Assembly: GCA_027459625.1 (NCBI GenBank)
Contig: DAIDHP010000009.1
Location: forward strand, 14,510 to 78,509
Source of the DNA: Chthonomonadales bacterium
Lineage (GTDB): Bacteria > Armatimonadota > Chthonomonadetes > Chthonomonadales > CAJBBX01
Direction: 5' to 3'
Length of the DNA stretch: 64,000 nt
Shown here: piece after piece, positions 10,129 to 18,388 of the stretch
Layout: every line of letters starts with the position of its first letter
How positions within the stretch are numbered: the stretch's first letter is position 1
Position numbers and translations under genes: made by a program
Notes under the pieces: generated by a model
Told to the model about the DNA's origin: nothing
Databases searched by the model: none
What the model saw: the letters and a program-made list of their open reading frames with translations, nothing else

Positions 10129-10360
10129 TCGGATTTCCCTCCCCCATTATACTTTTTCAGAAATGTTTCAACCACAGATACGAAACGGGAATGTTTCACA
10201 CCAATCAAACTTGGGAAAACATATAACCGGACGAGTTTCATGAAGGAGGCATCCCCTTGGAATGGCATCATGGATGGAAAAAATCATAGGGTCAACTTCA
10301 TGACATAGGCGTCAGAGATTGTAGGAATACCACTTCGTGTCTGGCGGGAAATCCCAAACA

Positions 10361-13309
10361 TCACTCATCCAATATCTCCCTCACCATACGGCATAATGCG
10401 GAGGGAGTGAATGGCTTTTTGAGAAACTTTTGGTTGCCGTTGTTGGCTTGGAGTTGTGAATGATCGGCATACCCGGAGGCAAGCAGAATGCGCACATGGG
10501 GTCGCTTCTTTTGTATCATCCCCACCACTTCCGGACCGCTCATCTCCGGCATGACGATATCGGAAAATACCATATGAATCTCCCCATCATAGGTGTTGGC
10601 GATCTCAAGAGCCTGATGGGGCGACTCGGCATCCAATATATTATAACCCCTTGATGAAAGCGCGGCGATGGAGATGGAACGAACCAATGGATCATCCTCA
10701 ATTAAAAGAATGGTCTCGGTGCCCATTGTCACTTTTCGAGGCTCGATCGGCTCCTCGATAATCCGTTCCTCATCCGCTCGGGGAAGATATATCTTAAAGG
10801 TTGCTCCCCGCCCTGGCTCGCTATACACTTGGATGGAACCGTTATTCTGTTTAATGATACCGTAGCATGTGGACAATCCCAGTCCGGTTCCCTTGCCCAC
10901 ATCCTTGGTGGTGAAAAACGGTTCAAAGATACTTTTTTGAATCTCAGGATCGATTCCCGCCCCGGTGTCAGACACAATCAGCAGCACATAATCCCCGTGT
11001 AACTCCTCCGTTTGTTCTCGCGCGGACGACAAATCATCAAAGTGTACATTGGTTGTCTGCAGTGTTAACACTCCCCCCGTCGGCATGGCGTCACGTGCGT
11101 TCACCGCGAGATTCAAAATCACCTGCTCCATCTGACCTGAATCAACCCTTACGTAGTGCAGACGCGGGTCCAGCAGGGTGAGTAGTTGGATATCTTCACC
11201 AAGAGTCCGTTTGAGCAGGCTCTGAATGTTCAACACAAGTTCATTCAGAAGTATGGTGCTCGGTTCCATCATCTGCTTGCGGGCAAACGCCAGCATTTGG
11301 CCTGTAAGATCGGAGGCGCGATTTGCAGCGCGAAGCACCTGCTGAATGGCGTGCGTTTGATCGGAATCTTTCGGCAGGCTCTCCTCAATCAACTCCCCGA
11401 ACCCTATGATCACTGTCAGCAGATTGTTGAAGTCGTGCGCAATTCCGCCGGCAAGCCGCCCAACGCTCTCCATTTTCTGTGATTGCAACAACTGCTCCTG
11501 AAGTTTTTTTCTTTCGGTGATATCCAGTACCGTTCCGATGACACGGAACACCTTTCCTTTGGAATTCGTCTGGGGAGTGAGAATAAGCCTCCACCATTTC
11601 ATGCCTTCATCCGTGTGATGGAATCTTATGTCCATCTCCGATGACGTCACGTGAGTCAAAGCCAATTTGAAGTTCTCTTCGAATTTCCGTTTATCCTCGG
11701 GATGAAATCGACTCAAAAACGCATCACTGCTTGGCTCCCCAAATGTCGGATCAAATCCGGCAAGGGGGAACATCACTTCGGAAAAGGATAGTCTCTTGGT
11801 TTTCACATCATAGGTGATATTCCCCATGCCCGCGATCCTCTGAGACAATAACAGTCTTTCCTGATATTCGTTTTTCTCGGTAATATCGATGCTTATCCCG
11901 CAAACCAAGGGACCGCTTTCGGTGTCAATTCGAAATTTATACGTATCGTAAACGTGCGTGGAGCCATCCGGATGAGGCACTTTCTCACTACTGAAATAAT
12001 AACCATGCTTTAACGTATATTGATCATTTCGGATAATCTGTTCCGCCGTCTCCTTGGGCAAATAATCCCTGACGGTCAATCTGGATGTATCCTTTCCACC
12101 GAACATCGAACGGTGGACTTGATTGACAAATATGTTATTGCTATGAGCATCCTTGATGAAAACCATACCCGGGAAATGATCCATGAAGGCTAGAAATCTT
12201 TTTTCGCTCTCAGCCAGCCTCTCCTCGGCTTTTACTCGGGCGGTAATATCCCTGATGGCGGAAAGCTGGCATTTTTTCCCCAGGTAGTCTAATTCCGATG
12301 CGAATATTTCCGTGATGAAGGTGGTGCCATCCTTTCTCTTATGAAGACGGCGGGACACCTTAGGCCAATGTTCCACAAACGCGCGATGCGTCTCGTTTGG
12401 TTCAGCCGAAATGGTGAGTACGGATTTGCCTATTAACTCGTCCCGCGAATAACCATATGTGTTTTCCGCCGCCACGTTGAGGTCCACTATCGTGAGCCCA
12501 GGTCTCTCCACCACCACGATCGGGTCAGGTATGGCGTTAAACAGAGTTCTGTATCTTTGTTCAACCGCGCCGCTCTCATGGAGCAGTCTCCTTTGCTCCG
12601 TTACGTCATATGCAAGGTTCAAAAGCAGTTCCTGCTCGTGAAAATACACATAATGAAACATATTCATGAGATAATGGGAGGCGCCATCATGAGAGCGAAT
12701 TTCGGACTCCAATTGCACAAAGCCTTCCTCCTTCGCCCGCCTCCATAGGGAGTTCCATGTGTCATGGGTTATGTTTCTATCGTAATCCCATATCTTCCGA
12801 CCTATCAATTCTGAGCGAGGGAAGTTTTTTATACGGCACGCTTCACGGTTCAAATAGCGATACGAGCCCTCACTATCCAAGTAGACTATCGGAGTGGAGG
12901 AGTGTTCCACGGCATAGGAAGCGGATAATGAGTGCCGGTCCTCAGTAAGCGAAAGGGGGATGATTTCCGCGCGTATCAAAAAGCGTTGGGGATGACGGGG
13001 TCGCAAAGGGGTGAAATACAGATTAATACGCCCGCCATCATCACGGAGCGAGAATGTCATTTGCGTGGAATCCGAACCGCTATCCCACAATGCATCCAAA
13101 TCGAGCGAAAGGAGTCTTGAATGAATATCACGCTCATCCGCAATTGCTTGAATCACCGCATATAGGGTGTTTCCCTCGCCGCCATCCGCAAGGTCGGTTG
13201 AAAGAGATGTCAACATACGGCGCCAAGACATATTCACTTGGATTAGAGTATTCGTCCTATCCGCAATCGCTAAAGCGGAAGGGATGGCGTCCAAAAGTAC
13301 CTTATCCAT
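10361..13309 (-). CDS. Cytoplasmic multi-PAS hybrid sensor histidine kinase with C-terminal receiver
   Basis: 982 aa with several PAS/PAC segments. H-box GGIAHDFNNLL. HATPase_c boxes (NLAVNARDA, DTGAGI, GTGLGLS). Canonical receiver (LLIEDD..., VFSDIVMPEMSG, KKPF). Confidence 0.9.
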   Translation of the reverse strand: MDKVLLDAIPSALAIADRTNTLIQVNMSWRRMLTSLSTDLADGGEGNTLYAVIQAIADERDIHSRLLSLDLDALWDSGSDSTQMTFSLRDDGGRINLYFTPLRPRHPQRFLIRAEIIPLSLTEDRHSLSASYAVEHSSTPIVYLDSEGSYRYLNREACRIKNFPRSELIGRKIWDYDRNITHDTWNSLWRRAKEEGFVQLESEIRSHDGASHYLMNMFHYVYFHEQELLLNLAYDVTEQRRLLHESGAVEQRYRTLFNAIPDPIVVVERPGLTIVDLNVAAENTYGYSRDELIGKSVLTISAEPNETHRAFVEHWPKVSRRLHKRKDGTTFITEIFASELDYLGKKCQLSAIRDITARVKAEERLAESEKRFLAFMDHFPGMVFIKDAHSNNIFVNQVHRSMFGGKDTSRLTVRDYLPKETAEQIIRNDQYTLKHGYYFSSEKVPHPDGSTHVYDTYKFRIDTESGPLVCGISIDITEKNEYQERLLLSQRIAGMGNITYDVKTKRLSFSEVMFPLAGFDPTFGEPSSDAFLSRFHPEDKRKFEENFKLALTHVTSSEMDIRFHHTDEGMKWWRLILTPQTNSKGKVFRVIGTVLDITERKKLQEQLLQSQKMESVGRLAGGIAHDFNNLLTVIIGFGELIEESLPKDSDQTHAIQQVLRAANRASDLTGQMLAFARKQMMEPSTILLNELVLNIQSLLKRTLGEDIQLLTLLDPRLHYVRVDSGQMEQVILNLAVNARDAMPTGGVLTLQTTNVHFDDLSSAREQTEELHGDYVLLIVSDTGAGIDPEIQKSIFEPFFTTKDVGKGTGLGLSTCYGIIKQNNGSIQVYSEPGRGATFKIYLPRADEERIIEEPIEPRKVTMGTETILLIEDDPLVRSISIAALSSRGYNILDAESPHQALEIANTYDGEIHMVFSDIVMPEMSGPEVVGMIQKKRPHVRILLASGYADHSQLQANNGNQKFLKKPFTPSALCRMVREILDE

Positions 13310-13672
13310 GGAAGCTTGCTCGCAAACTAATTGATTTCAACCCTCATCTATAATACGAAAAGAGAGACAGGTATACATCAACTATCGAAACATGTAATTC
13401 CGAAGAAATCACGGTTTTCAGAACGCTGCATGATACATTATCCACCACAGGTGCGGGTAATTGCACAATTCACATACGGGTCTTTCACAAAGCGTGAAAA
13501 ATATGAGGCAAACCACTTATTCCCATATACTCCATCGCATCCGAAGACATATCCGAAAAATCAATATACGGATGGCATGTTCATTCGCGTAAGAGAGGCG
13601 GAGCAAAGGTTTTCATATTAACTGCGTCAACAATCGTCCCTGTGAATATGGTAAATGAGATGAGGATGAGTC

Positions 13673-13701
13673 TTGCAAACGATTGTGGTATCAGGTATGA
13701 T
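13673..13701 (+). promoter_or_regulatory. Candidate sigma70-type promoter for the NIL-domain gene
   Basis: TTGCAA (13673-13678), 17-nt spacer, TATGAT (13696-13701). It lies ~30 nt upstream of ATG 13731, which is preceded by AAGGG. Confidence 0.45.
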
Positions 13702-13730
13702 ATTAATAATACTTCAAAGGGCTAAGTTTC

Positions 13731-13988
13731 ATGGCATCGATAACAGTGCGCATCACCACACGAACCCCGCAACAGGTCTGCGAACCGATAATGTACCGTC
13801 TTGTCCAAAAATTTCTCATAACGCCGAATATTTTACGCGCCGAAGTAAATGAGGAAAAAGGCTTTTTGGAACTTGAACTCTCCGGCGAACTTGAAGAGGT
13901 TCAACGCACCATTGCCTGGTTGAACACCACAGGCTTGTACATTGATGCAATCCAACGATCCTTTGGGAAGGACACGGTGAACCTTTAG
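13731..13988 (+). CDS. Stand-alone NIL-domain protein
   Basis: 85-aa ORF. ITVRITTRTPQQVCEPIMYRLVQKFLITPNILRAEVNEEKGFLELELSG...RTIAWLNTTG fits the NIL (MetN C-terminal-like) domain pattern. Its stop codon overlaps the convergent permease stop. Confidence 0.55.
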   Translation: MASITVRITTRTPQQVCEPIMYRLVQKFLITPNILRAEVNEEKGFLELELSGELEEVQRTIAWLNTTGLYIDAIQRSFGKDTVNL

Positions 13989-15130
13989 TTCGCCCCTCCG
14001 GCTATTTTACGTCTCCTTAACAATATGCAGAACACCGGAGCCCCAACGATTGAAGTGACAACGCCCACGGGCATATCGTTGAGAAAGACCCTTACGATGG
14101 TGTCTGACGCGATCAGAAGAATGGCTCCGAATATCGCGGCGAGTGGCAAAAGACGTGTATGGTCGGGTCCAACCAGTTTTCGCGCCGCGTGAGGAGTCAC
14201 CAATCCCACAAACCCAATAATTCCGCCTGCGGATACCGCTGCCGCCGTCCCCAGCGAGGCTAACAACAGTACGCGCTTTTTCAACGGTTCAATCTCCACC
14301 CCAAGATGCGCCGCTGTCTCTTCGCCCAATGTCATCAGATTTAAATCCTGCGCCCACACTTGGAACCACCAAGCCACAACAAAAAGAAACGGGAATAACA
14401 ATTCCGCTTGACTCCAACTGGATTGCTGGAGGCTGCCGATTAAATAGAACAACATTCGGGCGAGATCATTGGAACGGTTTGCGAGAACCAGCAAAAGAGG
14501 AATGGTGGACCAGAGGAATCCCCCTACAACCACGCCGGCGAGGATGAAGGTATGGATGGAAACCCTGCCACCCACTTTGGATATGGCGTATACCAACCAA
14601 ACAGCAAGCATCGCGAGAACAAACGCGGTGGCGACTCCGCCCAGCCCGCCCAATAGAACTGAAAAACCCAAAGTTTCCGCAAGAGCCGCCCCCACCGCCG
14701 CACCGGCGGAAACACCGACGGTATACGGGTCCGCCAAAGGGTTCATTAGCAACCCCTGAAGCGCAACTCCCGCGTATCCGAGCAAGCCTCCGATCATGAT
14801 CGCCATCAATGCGCGGGGAAGGCGCAATTGCCATACAATAATATCCGCGTCGGATGGCAAACCGTGCGCAGGAATATGGATCATGGGTAGCAGATGATGG
14901 ACGAGAGAGTATAGCGCCTGAAGAGCCGTGACATGAGCGGCGGCGGGACCCATCGCGAGATTGAGGATAAGCAGCAACGCCAGAACGGCTATGGCGGCAG
15001 CGTAAATCAAAGCTAGGTGTCCGCCGCCTGCAATGCCTGACGAACCTATGCCCAGAGAGATTGCAGGGCGTTTGGAAGGTCCGGCGGAGCAACTATTGGG
15101 AACAGTTTTATCAGATGCGGTAGACATCAT
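13985..15130 (-). CDS. FecCD/BtuC-family ABC importer permease (iron-siderophore/cobalamin type)
   Basis: 381 aa and polytopic. LRLPRALMAIMIGGLLGYAGVALQGLLMNPLADPYTVGVSAGAAVGAAL is typical of FecCD permeases. 4-nt overlap with the upstream binding-protein gene. Confidence 0.9.
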   Translation of the reverse strand: MMSTASDKTVPNSCSAGPSKRPAISLGIGSSGIAGGGHLALIYAAAIAVLALLLILNLAMGPAAAHVTALQALYSLVHHLLPMIHIPAHGLPSDADIIVWQLRLPRALMAIMIGGLLGYAGVALQGLLMNPLADPYTVGVSAGAAVGAALAETLGFSVLLGGLGGVATAFVLAMLAVWLVYAISKVGGRVSIHTFILAGVVVGGFLWSTIPLLLVLANRSNDLARMLFYLIGSLQQSSWSQAELLFPFLFVVAWWFQVWAQDLNLMTLGEETAAHLGVEIEPLKKRVLLLASLGTAAAVSAGGIIGFVGLVTPHAARKLVGPDHTRLLPLAAIFGAILLIASDTIVRVFLNDMPVGVVTSIVGAPVFCILLRRRKIAGGAN

Positions 15131-16092
15131 TTAACCGGAAAGAGTCGAGGATGAAGGAAATGCGCCAAGATCATCACCGTTTCGCCCAGTCTAGGCCCTG
15201 GTCGGGATAGGAGATCGGGATTGGGACAAAAAACCTTTCCACCGCGAACGGCATGCAGCTTTTGAAGTATCGGCGAGGAAAGGATTGCGCGGCGATTCTC
15301 CGGAGATGTGATGATGATATCTGGATTGGAAGCGATAGCGGTTTCCGGAGACAGGGATATGAAGCCTTTGCCATCGGCGGACGTGACATTGACGCCTCCC
15401 GCCGAACTTATCAAATCATCGATGAAATTATTCGATCCCACCACCCAAAGAGGAGACGGTTGAAGGATGCAGAGAACACGCGGCTTGGATTTCGCTTTTT
15501 CCAACTTGCTTTGAACATAGGCGAACTGCTTGCGCATCTTATTCACAACCGCATTCGCCTGGCTCTCATTCCCTGTAAGAAGCCCGATCTGTTGAATCGC
15601 CTGGTAGGTTTGGGCAACGGTTAGAGGATCCACCGCGAAGACGGGAATGCCCGCCCCTTCGATGCTTTGTATGGCGGGGCCGTTCGCCGATATGCTGCCG
15701 ACAACCACATCCGGACGTTGCGCGATAACCTTTTCCACGGAGGTGTTCATATCGCCGATTTTTGGGAGGCTCCTCGCAGCGGGAGGCCAATCACACCATG
15801 TCGTATCCGCTACAACACGATTTCCCGCGCCGATGGCGAAGAGAATCTCCGTTTCCGCCGGTGCGATGGAGACAATACGGCTCGGGTACTTGCTCAGTTG
15901 AACAAGCCTCCCACGTCCGTCTTTCACGGAGACAACAGGATGGTTATTTGTTGCGGACACATGATCACGTTTGCTAAGATACAGACCCGCTCCTACGATA
16001 AGGCAGAGAAGAATCATCATAAAGTTGCTAAAACTTAGCGTATGTCTGGCTGACGCATCCTGATCCTTGCGCATATCATTTTGCATGGGCAT
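15127..16092 (-). CDS. BtuF/FhuD-like periplasmic substrate-binding protein (Peripla_BP_2)
   Basis: 321 aa with an N-terminal membrane anchor. RIVSIAPAETEILFAIGAGNRVV...RPDVVVG...PDIIITS pattern of class III binding proteins. Confidence 0.85.
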   Translation of the reverse strand: MPMQNDMRKDQDASARHTLSFSNFMMILLCLIVGAGLYLSKRDHVSATNNHPVVSVKDGRGRLVQLSKYPSRIVSIAPAETEILFAIGAGNRVVADTTWCDWPPAARSLPKIGDMNTSVEKVIAQRPDVVVGSISANGPAIQSIEGAGIPVFAVDPLTVAQTYQAIQQIGLLTGNESQANAVVNKMRKQFAYVQSKLEKAKSKPRVLCILQPSPLWVVGSNNFIDDLISSAGGVNVTSADGKGFISLSPETAIASNPDIIITSPENRRAILSSPILQKLHAVRGGKVFCPNPDLLSRPGPRLGETVMILAHFLHPRLFPVK

Positions 16093-16137
16093 TCATGTAT
16101 CCTCAAATTCCCTATCGAACCCATTGGACGGTTCGGA

Positions 16138-16854
16138 TTAACTATTCAACGCACGCAATTCATCCTGTCTAAGCTTTCTCCAAGTTCCCGGCGCAATTCC
16201 CTTTAATTCGATGGGGCCATACTTTGTACGGGTCAGCGCAATTACCGGATAGCCTATCGCACTGAACATGCGACGAATCTGCCTGTTTCTACCCTCCCGA
16301 ATGGTGATGTCAACCACAGTGACATTATGCTCTTGCTGATACTCGACCCACTCAACTTTCGCCGGGGAAGTCATGCCATCCTCCAGCATGACCCCATGAC
16401 GAAGATCCGCCGCGCCGAACTCCGAAACCTCGCCTCTGGCGAGTACTCGATATGTCTTTTCGACCTGATGCGAAGGATGGGAGAGGGTGTGAGTGAGGTC
16501 TCCGTCGTTGGTAAGAAGAATTAAACCGGCTGAGTCTGCATCCAAACGGCCTACTGGGTAGATGCGCTCCGTGATATTTTTGACTAGATCCATCACCGTG
16601 TTTCTCGCGTGAGGGTCCTTTACGGTGCAAACATATCCCACTGGCTTATTCAGGGCGATATACACATGCGTGATCGCTTGCGAGATGGATTTACTATCCA
16701 CCTGTATGTCATCCTTCTCGGGATCCGCCTTCGCCCCCATTTCCGCTACGATAGTTCCGTTCACTGTGACGCGGCCTGCCTTGATGACTGATTCGCATGT
16801 ACGTCGCGATGCGATACCTGCGGCCGCGAGTATTTTTTGTAATCGTTGTTCCAT
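16138..16854 (-). CDS. rluB: Pseudouridine synthase, RsuA/RluB family, with S4 domain
   Basis: MEQRLQKILAAAGIASRRTCESVIKAGRVTVNG (S4 domain). Catalytic GRLDADSAGLILLTNDG motif. Confidence 0.85.
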   Translation of the reverse strand: MEQRLQKILAAAGIASRRTCESVIKAGRVTVNGTIVAEMGAKADPEKDDIQVDSKSISQAITHVYIALNKPVGYVCTVKDPHARNTVMDLVKNITERIYPVGRLDADSAGLILLTNDGDLTHTLSHPSHQVEKTYRVLARGEVSEFGAADLRHGVMLEDGMTSPAKVEWVEYQQEHNVTVVDITIREGRNRQIRRMFSAIGYPVIALTRTKYGPIELKGIAPGTWRKLRQDELRALNS

Positions 16855-18049
16855 ACCGAACTAGCAATCCTCCTAACGCAACGGGAAGCAACAACCATAG
16901 CAGCGCCAAATGCTTCATTTTGGCAATTGAGGAGACTCGAACCGTTTTATCTGCAATTAATGGTTCAAAATCCAGTTTGTTTCCGTCAAAGAACGTCTCA
17001 AGCGTGCCGATTCTCTCCCCTTTATACACCGGAGCCGTGATATCATCCAAGGAGACTTTCAGGGAGTAATTCGGCTTCGTCCCCTTCCTCATAACACAAT
17101 GTATCGATTGCGGCAGAATGGCTCCGACCGTCGGTGACACACCGTCGATCACCTTTGCATCGGCGTATGTCTTTCCCGCATCGGCGATGACAACCGGTTC
17201 GAAATTGTGAAATCCATAATTCATCAGCGCTATGGTTTCATGCATCCAGTGAGGACTGTGCATCACAACACTAACCAACCGCCAACCGTTACGAATTGCG
17301 GCGCCCACAAAGCAATGGCCCGCAGGATCGGTGAAACCCGTTTTCACCCCGTCCGCTCCGGGGTAGTTCCAAAGAAAGCGATCGTGATTAACTAAATGCG
17401 TGTCCTGCTGATCCATGGAACGATGTACGACATAATACTTGGTACCCACAGCCTTATTGATCGCGGGTATCCTAAGCGCATACCTAGCGATAATGGAAAG
17501 GTCGCGCGCGGAGATACTATTCGGATTTTGGTTCAAGCCGTTGCAGTTATGATAAAAGGCCTCCTCCGCGCCAATCTCTCTCGCCTTTTTCGTCATCAGG
17601 TCCGCAAACTTGCCTTCCGAGCCGGAGATATGCTCAGCCGCCACCACACAACCGTCGTTCGCCGAGCGAAGCATTAGCGCGTAGAGGAGATCATGGGCGG
17701 ATATTTTCTCACCCTCCTCCAAGTGCAGGGAACTGCCTCCTTCGTTGGCGGCTTTCTTGCTCGCTGTCAGGATATCGCCCGGTTTCGTGTTCTCTTCGAG
17801 CAATATCGCCGTCATAAGCTTTGTTGTGCTTGCGGGAGGCAGGGGTTGATCCGCATTGCGCTCGTAAAGAACCTGACCTGTTTCCGCATCCACCAGGATA
17901 GCCGACGTGGCTTTAATATCCGGAGGCGGCGTTGGTCGAAATGGAGTTGCGTGCGCAGACGATAAAGCCAAACTAAAAAATGCTAACAACCACACCAAAT
18001 ACTGGGCGGTTCGGCATTGGATTAAAATGCGATGATAATAATTCCTCAT
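16709..18049 (-). CDS. D-alanyl-D-alanine carboxypeptidase (S11, PBP5/6-like) with C-terminal membrane anchor
   Basis: Signal peptide present. SxxK (ASTTK), SxN (RSAND) and KTG (VKTGFT) motifs. C-terminal anchor HLALLWLLLPVALGGLLV. The last 146 nt overlap rluB in another frame. Confidence 0.85.
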   Translation of the reverse strand: MRNYYHRILIQCRTAQYLVWLLAFFSLALSSAHATPFRPTPPPDIKATSAILVDAETGQVLYERNADQPLPPASTTKLMTAILLEENTKPGDILTASKKAANEGGSSLHLEEGEKISAHDLLYALMLRSANDGCVVAAEHISGSEGKFADLMTKKAREIGAEEAFYHNCNGLNQNPNSISARDLSIIARYALRIPAINKAVGTKYYVVHRSMDQQDTHLVNHDRFLWNYPGADGVKTGFTDPAGHCFVGAAIRNGWRLVSVVMHSPHWMHETIALMNYGFHNFEPVVIADAGKTYADAKVIDGVSPTVGAILPQSIHCVMRKGTKPNYSLKVSLDDITAPVYKGERIGTLETFFDGNKLDFEPLIADKTVRVSSIAKMKHLALLWLLLPVALGGLLVRYGTTITKNTRGRRYRIATYMRISHQGRPRHSERNYRSGNGGEGGSREG

Positions 18050-18085
18050 TCCAATATCCGCTCCCGGTTAACGTTCCGAGTTGTT

Positions 18086-18114
18086 ATTCTACCTGTTTAA
18101 GGCGATCCATACAA
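18086..18114 (-). promoter_or_regulatory. Candidate sigma70-type promoter for the dac-rluB-btuFC gene string
   Basis: On the minus strand: TTGTAT (18109-18114), 17-nt spacer, TAGAAT (18086-18091). It lies ~35 nt upstream of ATG 18049. Confidence 0.5.
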
Positions 18115-18320
18115 TTTATGCGATGATGCCGAGATGCACGGGTTATGGAAACCTTGTAATGGAAGGGTCTAACAACAAAAAGAAACACACATCCGCCAAG
18201 TGACCATGAAGCAATCCCATCAATGGGTTTGGATGGATTCCGCTTCGTTTGGATGTTGATAACGCAAATTTCTCAGTCACTTTTATTTATACGGAAAAAA
18301 ACGAGGATATGTGAAAGGGA

Positions 18321-18357
18321 TCGCCCGCCCTCTCATGAAAAGAGAGCGGGCGGGTGA
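18321..18357 (-). terminator. GC-rich hairpin downstream of rpoC (possible terminator)
   Basis: CCCGCCCTCTC-atgaaaa-GAGA(gc)GGGCGGG stem (11 bp with a 2-nt bulge), 30 nt after the rpoC stop. On the minus strand the T7 run lies ~20 nt downstream rather than adjacent, so it is non-canonical. Confidence 0.35.
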
Positions 18358-18388
18358 CCCCAAAGTATCCGGCATGGAAAACGAACTT

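Noticed and set aside
13331-13621. 96-aa plus-strand ORF in the kinase/NIL intergenic region.
   Set aside because: It has no RBS and an odd composition. It also sits upstream of the better-supported promoter for the NIL gene.
16093-16137. Looked for a cobalamin riboswitch upstream of the BtuF-like gene.
   Set aside because: The intergenic gap is only 45 nt and no B12-box-like sequence is present.
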